Source: an uncultured Candidatus Binatia bacterium (GTDB taxonomy: Bacteria > Desulfobacterota > Binatia > UBA9968 > JAJDTQ01). Taken from it: a DNA stretch of 64,000 bases. The position numbers were made by a program, and so were the translations under genes. Within the stretch, counting starts at the first letter, position 1. Each line of letters begins with the position of its first letter. The stretch is from positions 448,001-512,000 of the forward strand of contig OZ219754.1 of the NCBI GenBank assembly GCA_964291295.2, written 5' to 3'. Positions 42,414 to 52,500 of this stretch are shown one piece after another. A model generated the notes under the pieces. It saw only the letters and a program-made list of their open reading frames with translations. It searched no databases and was not told the DNA's origin.

Positions 42414-42893
42414 CTATCGCTTCGGCTCCGTCAACAGGCAGCGCAACGCGGTCAGCACCCGTCGCGGGTGCCGGCGGTGCATGGCCATGCCCAGCCAGTA
42501 TGCCGCCTCCTCGCGTCCCATTGCCTCGACTCCCTCGGCCACCGCTCGCATGTTGCCGCGGCTGCGCATCGGCGCCAACGTGCGGAACAGAAGACCCAGC
42601 ACCAGGGCGAGATCCTCCGTCAACGCATAGCCCCGCCTTGTCGCATCGACCCGCCGGCCAAGCTTGACGCCGGCCTGCGACAACCTTCTCAGCACCCGGT
42701 GCTCCACCAGTTCGAGATTGCGGCCCCGAAGCCCGGCGACGCGCAGCGCGGTGGTCACGTGGGGCGAGGCGGCCGCGGGCAGTTGCCAGATCTCGTATTC
42801 CGCGTCCACCGGCCCATGACGCCGTACCCGCAACTCGTAACGCGGCGCGGAGTCGGGTGTCTCGACCTGCGATATGCGTTCCAGCCGCGCCAT
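42414..42893 (-). CDS. Small accessory protein of the DUF499 operon (DUF3780-like position)
   Basis: ATG abuts the DUF499 stop; C-terminal EEAAYWLG motif. Confidence 0.75.
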   Translation of the reverse strand: MARLERISQVETPDSAPRYELRVRRHGPVDAEYEIWQLPAAASPHVTTALRVAGLRGRNLELVEHRVLRRLSQAGVKLGRRVDATRRGYALTEDLALVLGLLFRTLAPMRSRGNMRAVAEGVEAMGREEAAYWLGMAMHRRHPRRVLTALRCLLTEPKR

Positions 42894-45800
42894 CTAGGGC
42901 CTGGCCCTTGCCGTGGCCGACACGTACGCGGCACCGCTCGCGAATCGGCTCAGCCGTTCGGTGAGCTTTTCCGCGGCGTCGCCTTCCATTGACAGCCCCT
43001 TCTCGAAGGTCAACTCGAATCCCGCTTCCAGCGTTCTCGAAACGGCGTCGCGCAACTGCGGCTCGACGAACTCCCGAACCGGCTGCGCATCCGACACCGG
43101 TCCACGAAACTCCAGTTCCAACGATCCGCCGTCACGGGTCTCATAGCCGCCGGTGAGGGCGACGGTCTTGTCCGCCCCGGACACGGCACCCACGACCCCC
43201 AGCAGCCGGAAAGCGTCGCTGACCTCGAACATGCGGATGGTCAACACCGCGATGGCCTTCACATTCCGCGTGCGGGCCTGTTCCCACAGCCGCACAAGCG
43301 CTTCCCGGAGGACACCCTCCGCAGTGAAAGCGTCGGGCGCGGCCGGACCGGGGCCGACGGGCGCCGGGTCCCATCCATCCCCCGTCGGGTCGTGTACTGC
43401 ACCCCCGCCGTCCGGGTCCGCTGAAGGCTCCGGCGGTTCAACCGGTTTCCGCGGCCAGAGACCATGATGCTTCGCCCAGGCCATGGTGAGGATCGTGGAC
43501 TGCTCGTCGATCTCGATCCTTGACGCCGGGTCTCCGGGGCCGCACAGCATCTCTCCGCGCTGGTACACATATTCGCCCTGCTCGACGCCATTCCGCACGC
43601 CGCGAACGAAGACGTCGTCGCCCACCAGGATCGGCAGCGCCGGGTCCCTGCGGAACTCGTCCCGCAGCGACAACGTCGAGAGTTGTCCCTGCTTGAGCGG
43701 CGTCCGGTCGCGCACATAGGCCGGCGAATCCGGTTCGTCTTCGGACAGCCGCAGTTTCTTTAGATCGCGCAGTGCCCGCACGATCTGTTGCTGCCCCGCA
43801 CCCGGCCGGTCGGACGCGGCATGGATGTCGATGGCCGAATGCGCCAGATCCACCTCGCTCGCGCCGACGCGGTTGCGGGACGGGTAGAAGACATGCCGGT
43901 AGCACTGTTGAATGGCGATGGCGAGTTCCTGCTCCGACCGCGCCTTCAGCTCGCGCACCTGGGCCTGCTGGTGCTCCGCCAGTTCCACAAGCCGGTCCGG
44001 CTTCTTCATCTCCCCCAGCGCCAGCCGCCGATACGTCTTGCCGCGCATCTCCTCCTTGCGCTCCTCGTCAGCGACCACAAAGATCAGATTGTTCCGGAGC
44101 GCCCGCAAGGCAGCGCCCTCCGAACCCTTCCTCGTATGGATGCGCTCGATCAATTCCGGCACGCGCTCCACCGAGGCGCCCACCGTCACCGCCTCGTAGC
44201 CCAGGACAACCAGCTTGGGACGACCGTCCGCCACCTCATCGGCCACGTCGAACGGGCCGCCGGGGAACGGCACCGCGTCAAGCGTGTCGCCCTCGAATAT
44301 CTGCCTGATCCGGTCGTTCAGTTCCGCACGCGCTTCTCCGGCATCAATGTGGTCCTCCGTCCGGCGGATCATCTGCCGCAGATTCGCCTCGGCCAGGAAG
44401 CGCATCGGCGCACCGGGGCGGTCGTCGAGATAAGCCGACTCGGCAATGAACTTCTTGCGCGCCTCCTCGATGAAGCTGATGTCCGCGGCGGGTCCCAGCA
44501 CCGACCAGCGCAGCCGCTCCGGAGAAATCCCCTTCAGGGGTTCGTTGAAGGCAAGCGAGTGCATGAAGACCGTGCGAGCGACATGGCACGCGTAAGGCGG
44601 CAGGCCGCCGTGGTGAGCCGCATCGATCTCCTGGGCCAAGGCCTTCTTCCCGGCCGATCCGGCGGAGATGTCGTTGGAGATGGCCGGCCCATAGGCGGAC
44701 TGCCCGAGCCGCGTCACGATCTCCCGACGGATCGGCTCGTGGCCGGGGTCGATGTGGTGCAGGTGAATGGCTGTCGCGTCGCCGGGCTTCTCCTCCCAAA
44801 GGTGCGCCACGGTACGCGCCAGCAGCCGCAACATGCCCCGCACGCGCTGGAAATTGCCGAGCGTCGCCGTCTTTGCCGTCAGGGTCTCCAGGACTTCCGG
44901 ATGCAGGGGCCAGCTCGAACGGAACGCCTCGCCGGTCTCGGACCGGACCGCCCTCTCCGGCAACGCCCCCTGATGGGCGTTCCACTGCGCCCGATAGGCA
45001 TCGGCCGCCGCATCCGCGGCGGCCTCGTCGATGGATTCGAACAGGCGGCGGCGCAGCACCTGAGCCGTCTCGTCCTCTTCCGTGGGGTTCAGCAGCGTTG
45101 CCTTGCGCGCCGACACGCTTTCGGCCTCGGCCATCCGGTCCGCGATGAACTGGTTTTCGTCGCTGTAGGCATCGGTGGTCCGTCCCTCCTTGCCGATGGC
45201 CAAGGTGTAGACCAGAACCGCCTGGGGCGTGCTTTCCACAGCCTTGAACAGCGAGGTCAGGAACGCCGTCAACTGGTCGCGGGCGTTGTTCCCGACGCTG
45301 TGGACCTTGCGCAGGTAAACCGAAAGCTCGTCGAGCAGAATCAGGGCGGGTTCGCCGCCGAACAGCTCGCGCAGGGTCTCGGCACCCGGTGCGATACGGC
45401 TCTCATCGCTCCGGCGCACCCGCTCGTACCCGTCCCTGCCGCCCAGCGCGGAGGCCATCTCGCCCCACGGGGTGTAGGCGAGATGGCCCTGTTCCATCCT
45501 GCGGCCATTGGCCGGGTCGGCGTTCTCGCCGTCAAAGGCGGCGATGCGTACCCGCCGGTGCGGCAGACGTGCGGGGTCGACGAAATCCGCCATGTTCGGC
45601 ACATCGACTCCGCTGCGCGCGGCATGGCAGAGTGCGATCAAGCCGTGGGACTTGCCGCCGCCATAGGAGGTATCGAGTCGGAATATCGACGCGGCCTCCC
45701 CGCCCGCGCCGCTCAATCGCCCGCACACATTGTCGAGGAGATTCCTGAGCCCCCGGGTCGGGTAGGTGTTGGCGAAGAAGCGTACCGGATCAATGTAGTC

Positions 45801-45920
45801 GGCGGCGCCCCTGCAGGCGATCACTTGCGCCAGATCGGCCGCGAAATCGGCCTCCGTCACCACCCCGGCCAGAACGTCCGGACGCGGACGGCAGGTTTCG
45901 AATATCGTCGGGACGTTCAT
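42894..45920 (-). CDS. DUF499 AAA+ ATPase
   Basis: FAADL, FFANTYPT, TSYGGGKSH, LILLDEL, PLHPE, FQRVRGMLRLL. Confidence 0.92.
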   Translation of the reverse strand: MNVPTIFETCRPRPDVLAGVVTEADFAADLAQVIACRGAADYIDPVRFFANTYPTRGLRNLLDNVCGRLSGAGGEAASIFRLDTSYGGGKSHGLIALCHAARSGVDVPNMADFVDPARLPHRRVRIAAFDGENADPANGRRMEQGHLAYTPWGEMASALGGRDGYERVRRSDESRIAPGAETLRELFGGEPALILLDELSVYLRKVHSVGNNARDQLTAFLTSLFKAVESTPQAVLVYTLAIGKEGRTTDAYSDENQFIADRMAEAESVSARKATLLNPTEEDETAQVLRRRLFESIDEAAADAAADAYRAQWNAHQGALPERAVRSETGEAFRSSWPLHPEVLETLTAKTATLGNFQRVRGMLRLLARTVAHLWEEKPGDATAIHLHHIDPGHEPIRREIVTRLGQSAYGPAISNDISAGSAGKKALAQEIDAAHHGGLPPYACHVARTVFMHSLAFNEPLKGISPERLRWSVLGPAADISFIEEARKKFIAESAYLDDRPGAPMRFLAEANLRQMIRRTEDHIDAGEARAELNDRIRQIFEGDTLDAVPFPGGPFDVADEVADGRPKLVVLGYEAVTVGASVERVPELIERIHTRKGSEGAALRALRNNLIFVVADEERKEEMRGKTYRRLALGEMKKPDRLVELAEHQQAQVRELKARSEQELAIAIQQCYRHVFYPSRNRVGASEVDLAHSAIDIHAASDRPGAGQQQIVRALRDLKKLRLSEDEPDSPAYVRDRTPLKQGQLSTLSLRDEFRRDPALPILVGDDVFVRGVRNGVEQGEYVYQRGEMLCGPGDPASRIEIDEQSTILTMAWAKHHGLWPRKPVEPPEPSADPDGGGAVHDPTGDGWDPAPVGPGPAAPDAFTAEGVLREALVRLWEQARTRNVKAIAVLTIRMFEVSDAFRLLGVVGAVSGADKTVALTGGYETRDGGSLELEFRGPVSDAQPVREFVEPQLRDAVSRTLEAGFELTFEKGLSMEGDAAEKLTERLSRFASGAAYVSATARARP

Positions 45921-46198
45921 CGCTGACTCACCGATCGCTTACCCCAAGCGCCCCGCATCGTCAAACGACCCGAGCCGGACCCCAACCGGGGTTTCGTCCC
46001 CGGAACGGGGAACTCGGCCGCGACATGCGAATCCACCGATCCATGGACCGACCCGGCCGATCCACGCGGACAGCTGTTCGCGAACGGATGAGCCAACGGA
46101 GGGCTTCCGAGCGGATGCGGGAGTGCATACGGAACGAACCGGGGGTGTGACGTTCCGGGGTTTGACGTTCGCCGCCGGGGACCCCTATCTTTGCAGCC

Positions 46199-47428
46199 AT
46201 GTTTGCGCTGGGATCCTGCCTGAGACGTGTCCACGCCCGTGCCGCGAAGCGCTGGGCCGGAGAAGTCGAGCGGTGCGTGACGGTGGACCATCTCCGCCAG
46301 GTGATGGAGCGGCGCGTGCCTCCCATCGTCCGGGAATACTACCGCGGGGGTGCCGACAACGAGATCACCCTCCGGGACAATGTCGCGGCGTTCGAGAGGG
46401 AACGGTTCAAGCCCCGATCCGGAGTGCACCTTGATTCGGTGGAAATGCGCACCGAAATTCTCGGACACCGCATCGACCTCCCGGTGCTGGCAGGCCCCAT
46501 CGGCAGCCCCAGGATGATCTGGCCCCGCGGCGAGGCGGCCGCGGCCAGGGCGGCGGGCGATGCCGGCACCATCTGTACGCTCTCCACGTTGACCGGGACC
46601 GACCTGGAGGAAGTCCGGGCCGCCTCGAAGGGGCCTTGCTGGTTCCAGCTCTATCTGGTGGGCGGTGCGGAAGTGGCGGCACGGGGAATCGAACGGGCCA
46701 GAAAGGCGGGCTATTCGGCTCTCCTTCTCACCATCGACACCGCCGTCCCCGGAAACCGCGCCCACCACGAGTGGATGGGCGCGTCACGGGCCATCAACGG
46801 CACCCCGGTCCAACGACTCGGATTCGCACCTCAGATGATCCGGCATCTCTCCTGGCTCGTGAGCTACCTCTCGGACGGCGGGATGATGCAGTTTCGCAAC
46901 GTCATCCTGAACGACGGGACCCCCATGCCGTACACGGATATCGGGACGCAACTGCGCGCCTCCGCCGCCACTTGGGAGCATCTGCCCTGGGTGCGGGAAA
47001 TCTGGGGTGACAGGCCCGTGATCATCAAGGGCGTACAGTGCGTCGAGGATGCGGAACTGGCGGTGCTACATGGAGCGGACGCCATCGTCGTCTCCAACCA
47101 TGGCGGGCGTCAGATGGACCGCGTTTACCCGACCCTGTACATGCTGAAGGAGATTGCCCCCGCTCTGAAGGGTTCCGGGATCAAGGTGCTGCTGGACGGG
47201 GGCATCCGGTCCGGCGCCGATGTCGTCATCGCCCTGGCGCATGGAGCCGATGCCGTCCTTGCCGGACGGGCATACGTATACGGACTCGGCGCGGGCGGCG
47301 AAGCGGGCGTTCGCAGGGCATTCGCCATACTGAAAAGAGAGATCGAAGACACCCTGCGCCTTCTGGGTTGTGGCTCGATTCACGACCTGAACGCCGCCAC
47401 CCACCTCCTGCCGCATCCTTTCACGTAG
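46199..47428 (+). CDS. FMN-dependent alpha-hydroxy acid oxidase/dehydrogenase
   Basis: GGADNEIT, WFQLY, IIKG, VSNHGGRQ, DGGIRSGADV. Start uncertain. Confidence 0.92.
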   Translation: MFALGSCLRRVHARAAKRWAGEVERCVTVDHLRQVMERRVPPIVREYYRGGADNEITLRDNVAAFERERFKPRSGVHLDSVEMRTEILGHRIDLPVLAGPIGSPRMIWPRGEAAAARAAGDAGTICTLSTLTGTDLEEVRAASKGPCWFQLYLVGGAEVAARGIERARKAGYSALLLTIDTAVPGNRAHHEWMGASRAINGTPVQRLGFAPQMIRHLSWLVSYLSDGGMMQFRNVILNDGTPMPYTDIGTQLRASAATWEHLPWVREIWGDRPVIIKGVQCVEDAELAVLHGADAIVVSNHGGRQMDRVYPTLYMLKEIAPALKGSGIKVLLDGGIRSGADVVIALAHGADAVLAGRAYVYGLGAGGEAGVRRAFAILKREIEDTLRLLGCGSIHDLNAATHLLPHPFT

Positions 47429-47770
47429 AGCCGGCCGCGAGCCGTTCCCGCCGTCCTCCACAGGCACGGCCCGGCCTCCGGCTCGCCAGCGACAGACCAG
47501 TTCCCGGTTGCCATCGACGAATTCTACGCCATTTCGCGCAATCAAACCCATCACTTCACGAACTGACGTGAACTGATGGGTTTCGCGAACCGACGGGTTC
47601 CATTGGACATGAGCACCCCGAATATTGCATGATCCCTCTGGTCTTGGTAGAAATTCAATATTGTTATGTTTTCAGTGGATTCTGGCATCATTCTATTATC
47701 AATTTCGCGGTCCGTGAAGAGTTCGTCAAGTCCCGTATGGCCATTCGACGGCGCATGAGGGGAACAGTTC

Positions 47771-48391
47771 ATGGGTAGACCGAAGGAATTCGACGAACAC
47801 GCCGCCCTGATGAAGGCCATGAGGCTCTTCTGGGTCCATGGATACAAGGCGACGTCGATACAGGATCTTGTGGACGGCATGGGGATAGGCCGGGGCAGCC
47901 TGTACGGAACTTTCGGCGGGAAACGCGCCCTCTTCATCAGAGCGTTGCGCCACTACGATCAACAGCGCGCGGGTCTGCTGAAAGAGATCTCGACATCGAA
48001 CCCTCCACGCCGGGCGGTGCTGACTCCCTTCGAAGCGGTCGCGGACTCGGTCCTGGACGAAGGTACCCAGGACGGCTGTTTTCTGGTCAACACCGCCCTT
48101 GAACTTTCCGCTCACGATGCCGAGATCGGATCCATGGTTGCCGACGGTTTCGCCGACGCGGAAGACTTTTTCCGGACCACGATTGTACGAGGCCAAGCCT
48201 CCCGAGAGATCTCGGTCGGCGTGGACGCGGCTTCCATGGCGCAACTCCTCCACACCCTGCTGCTCGGCATGCTGGTGCTCGCGCGCAGCCGCCCCGAGCA
48301 GGTGCTGCTACGGTCCATCGTCAGACAAGTCGGCGAACTGGTACCCGAGCCGGGCCAGGATACCGCCCCTTCCCCCGCCCACACGCCCTGA
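47771..48391 (+). CDS. TetR/AcrR family regulator
   Basis: MGRPKEFD...FWVHGYKATSIQDL...GSLYGTFGGKRALF, GCFLVN. Confidence 0.93.
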   Translation: MGRPKEFDEHAALMKAMRLFWVHGYKATSIQDLVDGMGIGRGSLYGTFGGKRALFIRALRHYDQQRAGLLKEISTSNPPRRAVLTPFEAVADSVLDEGTQDGCFLVNTALELSAHDAEIGSMVADGFADAEDFFRTTIVRGQASREISVGVDAASMAQLLHTLLLGMLVLARSRPEQVLLRSIVRQVGELVPEPGQDTAPSPAHTP

Positions 48392-49572
48392 TATACCGGC
48401 GGTGCCGGCCCGGTCCCGGTTCCGTTCACCGGGACACGCCTTGTTTCCAGTATCTTGCCCGACAGCACCCAGGCGGCCCCGATCCCTGCTCGCTCACGGT
48501 CCCCGATGCTCTGGACACGCCTGACCATGCGCGGCGGTTTCCATCATCAGGGTTTCACCATGGGCTTGCCCGGCATGACTTCGCCATCAGGCGTCATGCC
48601 GCCCCCGGTGGGCACGGTTCCTTTGAAACGAAAGGTGGTGGGGAAACACCGGTGCGGACGGCCTGCTGTACGGCATCGGAAGGCTGCGGACTGCGCTGCC
48701 GTGCGTCTTTCCCTCTGCCCCTCCGCCGCCCGGATGCTGAAGAAGCCGCCGCTGAACGTGCTCGTGTATGCTGCCGTCATCGCTTCTCGTCAGACCGACA
48801 GCTCCGATCACTGGCTCCTGTTGCCCCTTGAGCACGGAGACATTGTCAGCCGATAACGTATCCTCGATGATGGTGCCTGGAGCGTGGCGTGGCGGTCCGG
48901 ATCGATCCTGACGGTGTTCGGCGCAAAAATCGCCGTCACCGTTCGCCGTCACGGTCGCATCGGAAGCCCGATCATGAATACCATCGGGATCATGGAAACC
49001 GGGCACCCCGCGATCACGCGCGGCAAACCCAGGGGCAGGAATGTTGCCGGGGCATTGTGCCGCCCGCATCTGCCTTGAGATTCACCCCTGGGTCCAAGTT
49101 GACATGCTTGCAGCCTGGCGCCGCATCTCCGGTCGGTGAATTCGACCGGATCGCGCATCAGCCCGGGAAGCCGCGGGTACTCCGCGGCCTGTGTTCCTGC
49201 TACGGCATCGGCGGGAATGGCGCAGCCGCGGGACTTCCCCGTATCCCTGTCCGACCAAGCCAATGGGCCGTGTCCCTGCGCACCTCCGACCGCGCGGGCT
49301 TGCCGCACTCTCAATACAGCGCCTTGGGCGGATCCTGGCGAAAGCCGCCGATGCCCGCAACGGTTCACCGCGCTGTTCGATGAGGTCATTGCGGCCGGCG
49401 GCAGCCACGCCCGACTCCCTCCGTATCCGAAAGCCCTTCCAGGAAATCCCGCCCGGAGTCGGGAAACGCCCCCCGCGGTCTGCCGGCGGCGCGCCCCGGT
49501 GCCGAGGCCGAAAGAGCGCCCGGGGCGCCGCTGGCGCGGCACCCCGGCGAAGCGGCATTCGAGGGCCGGCGA

Positions 49573-52500
49573 TCAGCCCAGGAAGTCGAAATCCGCCTCG
49601 GTCAATTGCGAGACCTGAATCCCCTCGACCACGATCGAGAACGTATTGTCGGGGTCGCCGATCACCGTGTCCTCGCCGCTTTGCTTGATGTCGAGATCGG
49701 AGAACTTCAGGCCGCCCTTGATGACGATGATGTCCTGCCCGTCCTCGAAATCGCGGATGTGGTCGGTTTCGGATTCGTTGTCGAAAACGAACCGGTCGGC
49801 ACCTCGGCCGCCCAGCAGCGTGTCGTCGCCCCGGCCGCCCTCAAGGGTGTCGTCGCCCTGGCCGCCTTCAAGGGCGTCGTTGCCGGCCCCACCGTTGAGG
49901 GTGTCGTCGCCGCCGTAGCTGTAGAACCAATCGTCGGCGCCGGTGCCGTTGAAGGTGTCGTCACCCTGGTCGCCCATGAAAGAGTTGCCGCGGAAGGAGT
50001 TGGGTTGGAAGATGAAGTCGTTTTCGTCCAAGGTGTGTGCCGACACGCCCGACAGGGTGATGGTGTCGCCGTCGCCGTAGCGGATGACGGCGTCGGCGCC
50101 GTCCTGCTCAATGACCAGCGCCGCAAACTCGATGGTTCCAAAGGGGAGTCCATTGCCGCCGTTGCCAATGAATTCGATCCTGTCGCCTGCCCCGAAGTCG
50201 GTAATGGTATCGTGCCCATCTCCCCGCGAAGAGAAACGGAAGGTGTCGACGCCCCGGCCGCCCGTCAGCGTGTCGTCGCCGTCGTCGCCGTTCAGCAAGT
50301 CGCCGCCGGCCCCACCGTCGAGAGTGTCGTCGCCGAACCCGCCATTCAGCCCGTCATCGCCGTCGCCACCCGTCAGCGTGTCGTCGCCGAACCCGCCGTA
50401 AAGCCTGTCGTCGCCGGCCCCGCCGTTGATGGTGTCGTCACCGCCCTTGCCGGAGATCATGTCGTTTCCGAACCCGCCGTTCAGCGTGTCGTCGCCGTCG
50501 CCGCCGTTCAGCTCGTCGCTGTAGAAGAGAAAGTCGTCGTCGCCCAAGGAGTCCGCCGACACGCCCGACAACCGGATCGTATCGCCGTCGCCGTAGCGGA
50601 TAACGGCGTCGGTGCCGTCCTGCTCAATGACCAGCGCCGCGGACGCGCCGGACACGCCATCGAAGCGAATCTTGTCCCCCGCTCCGAAATCGGTGATCGT
50701 GTCGGTTCCATCTCTCGCCTGGAACCTGAAGATGTCGTTACCCTGGCCACCCTCCAAAGTGTCATTGCCGGTGCCGCCGTTCAGCGTGTCGTCGTCGTCG
50801 CCGCCGTTCAGCGTGTCGTCGCCGTCCTCGCCGTACAGATGGTCGTCGCCGACCCCGCCGTTCAACGTGTCATCGCCCTCGCCGCCGTATAGACGTTCGT
50901 ACCAGGAGCCGTCGTTGTCGCCGCCGTTCAGCGTGTCGTCGCCCTCGCCGCCGTATAGATCGTCGTCGCCGTCGCCGCCGTTCAGCGTGTCGTCACCCTC
51001 GCCGCCGTATAGATCGTCGCGGCCGTCGCCGCCATCAAGGGTATCCTCGCCGTCGCCACCGCTCAAGCTGTCCTCGCCGTCGCCGCCATTCAACGTGTCG
51101 TCGCCCTCGTCGCCGTATAGATTGTCGCGGCCGTCGCCGCCATCAAGGGTATCCTCGCCGTCGCCACCGCTCAAGCTGTCCTCGCCGTCGCCGCCATTCA
51201 ACGTGTCGTCGCCCTCGTCGCCGTATAGATTGTCGCGGCCGTCGCCGCCATCAAGGGTATCCTCGCCGTCGCCACCGCTCAACTCGTCGTCGCCGTCGCC
51301 GCCGTCCAACGTATCCTCGCCGTCGCCACCGCTCAACTCGTCGTCGCCGTCGCCGCCGTTCAGCGTATCCTCGCCGTCGCCACCGCTCAACTCGTCGTCG
51401 CCGTCGCCGCCGTTCAGCGTATCCTCGCCGTCGCCACCGCTCAACTCGTCGTCGCCGTCGCCGCCGTTCAGCGTGTCGTCGCCCCTGCCGCCCCGGAGGT
51501 CGTCGTCGCCGCCGCCACCGTTCAACTCGTCGTCGCCTTCGCCGCCGTTCAGCAAGTCTTCGCCGTCGCCCCCGTCCAGCGTGTCGTCGCCGTCGTGGAT
51601 ATTGACGCCAGGCGGGACGTCGGAAGACAGGATGAAGTCATCTGCGCCCAAGGAGTCCGCCGACACGCCTGTCAGCCTGATCGTGTCGCCCCTGTCGCCG
51701 TAGCGGATGACAGCATCAGCGCCGTCCTGCTTGATGACCAGACCCGCGAACCCGCCGGACACGCCGGCGATCTCGATCCTGTCTCCGGACTTGAAGTCGG
51801 TGATCGTGTCGGCGCCGTCCACGATTGTGAATACGAAGGTGTCCGCCCCCGCGTCGCCCGTCAGCGTGTCGTCACCCCTCCCTCCCCGCAGCCTGTCGTC
51901 GCCCTCGCCGCCCACCAGCGTGTCGTCGCCGAACCCGCCATCGAGCCTGTCGTTGCCCGCGTCGCCCGTCAGTGTGTCGTCGCCCCTGCCGCCCTGCAGC
52001 GTGTCGTCGCCCTCGCCGCCCACCAGCGTGTCGCCGCCGTCCCCGCCAAGGAGCCAGTCTCTGCCCTTGCCGCCTTCGCGGGTGATGCCGGGCGCGTTTT
52101 CATCGACTTCATCGCCGCTGGGCGTTATCCACGGCGGCGCAGAGCGTCCGGAGACTGTGATGTTCTCGTCGAAGACCAGAAAGTCCGCCGACACACCCGA
52201 CAAGGTGATGGTGTCGCCGTCGCCGTAATGGATGACGGCGTCGCCGCCGACCTGTTCGATACGCAGCGATGCGACCAGCGATTGGACGTTGCCCGTTATC
52301 CTGATCGTATCGCCTTCCCCGAAATCGGTGATCGTGTCGTGCCCGCCTCCCGCACGGAAGTTGAAGGTATCGTCGCCCTTGCCGCCCGTCAGCGTATCGT
52401 CGCCGACATGGCCCCAGAGCCTGTCGTCGCCGTCACCGCCGTCGAGCGTATCGTCGCCGCCACCGCCGCCGATAGAGTCATTGCCGTCGCCGCCATAGAT

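Noticed and set aside
48392-49570. Possible genes between tetR and the large RTX gene
   Set aside because: Only short overlapping ORFs without recognisable motifs; this may be decayed sequence and no call can be supported.
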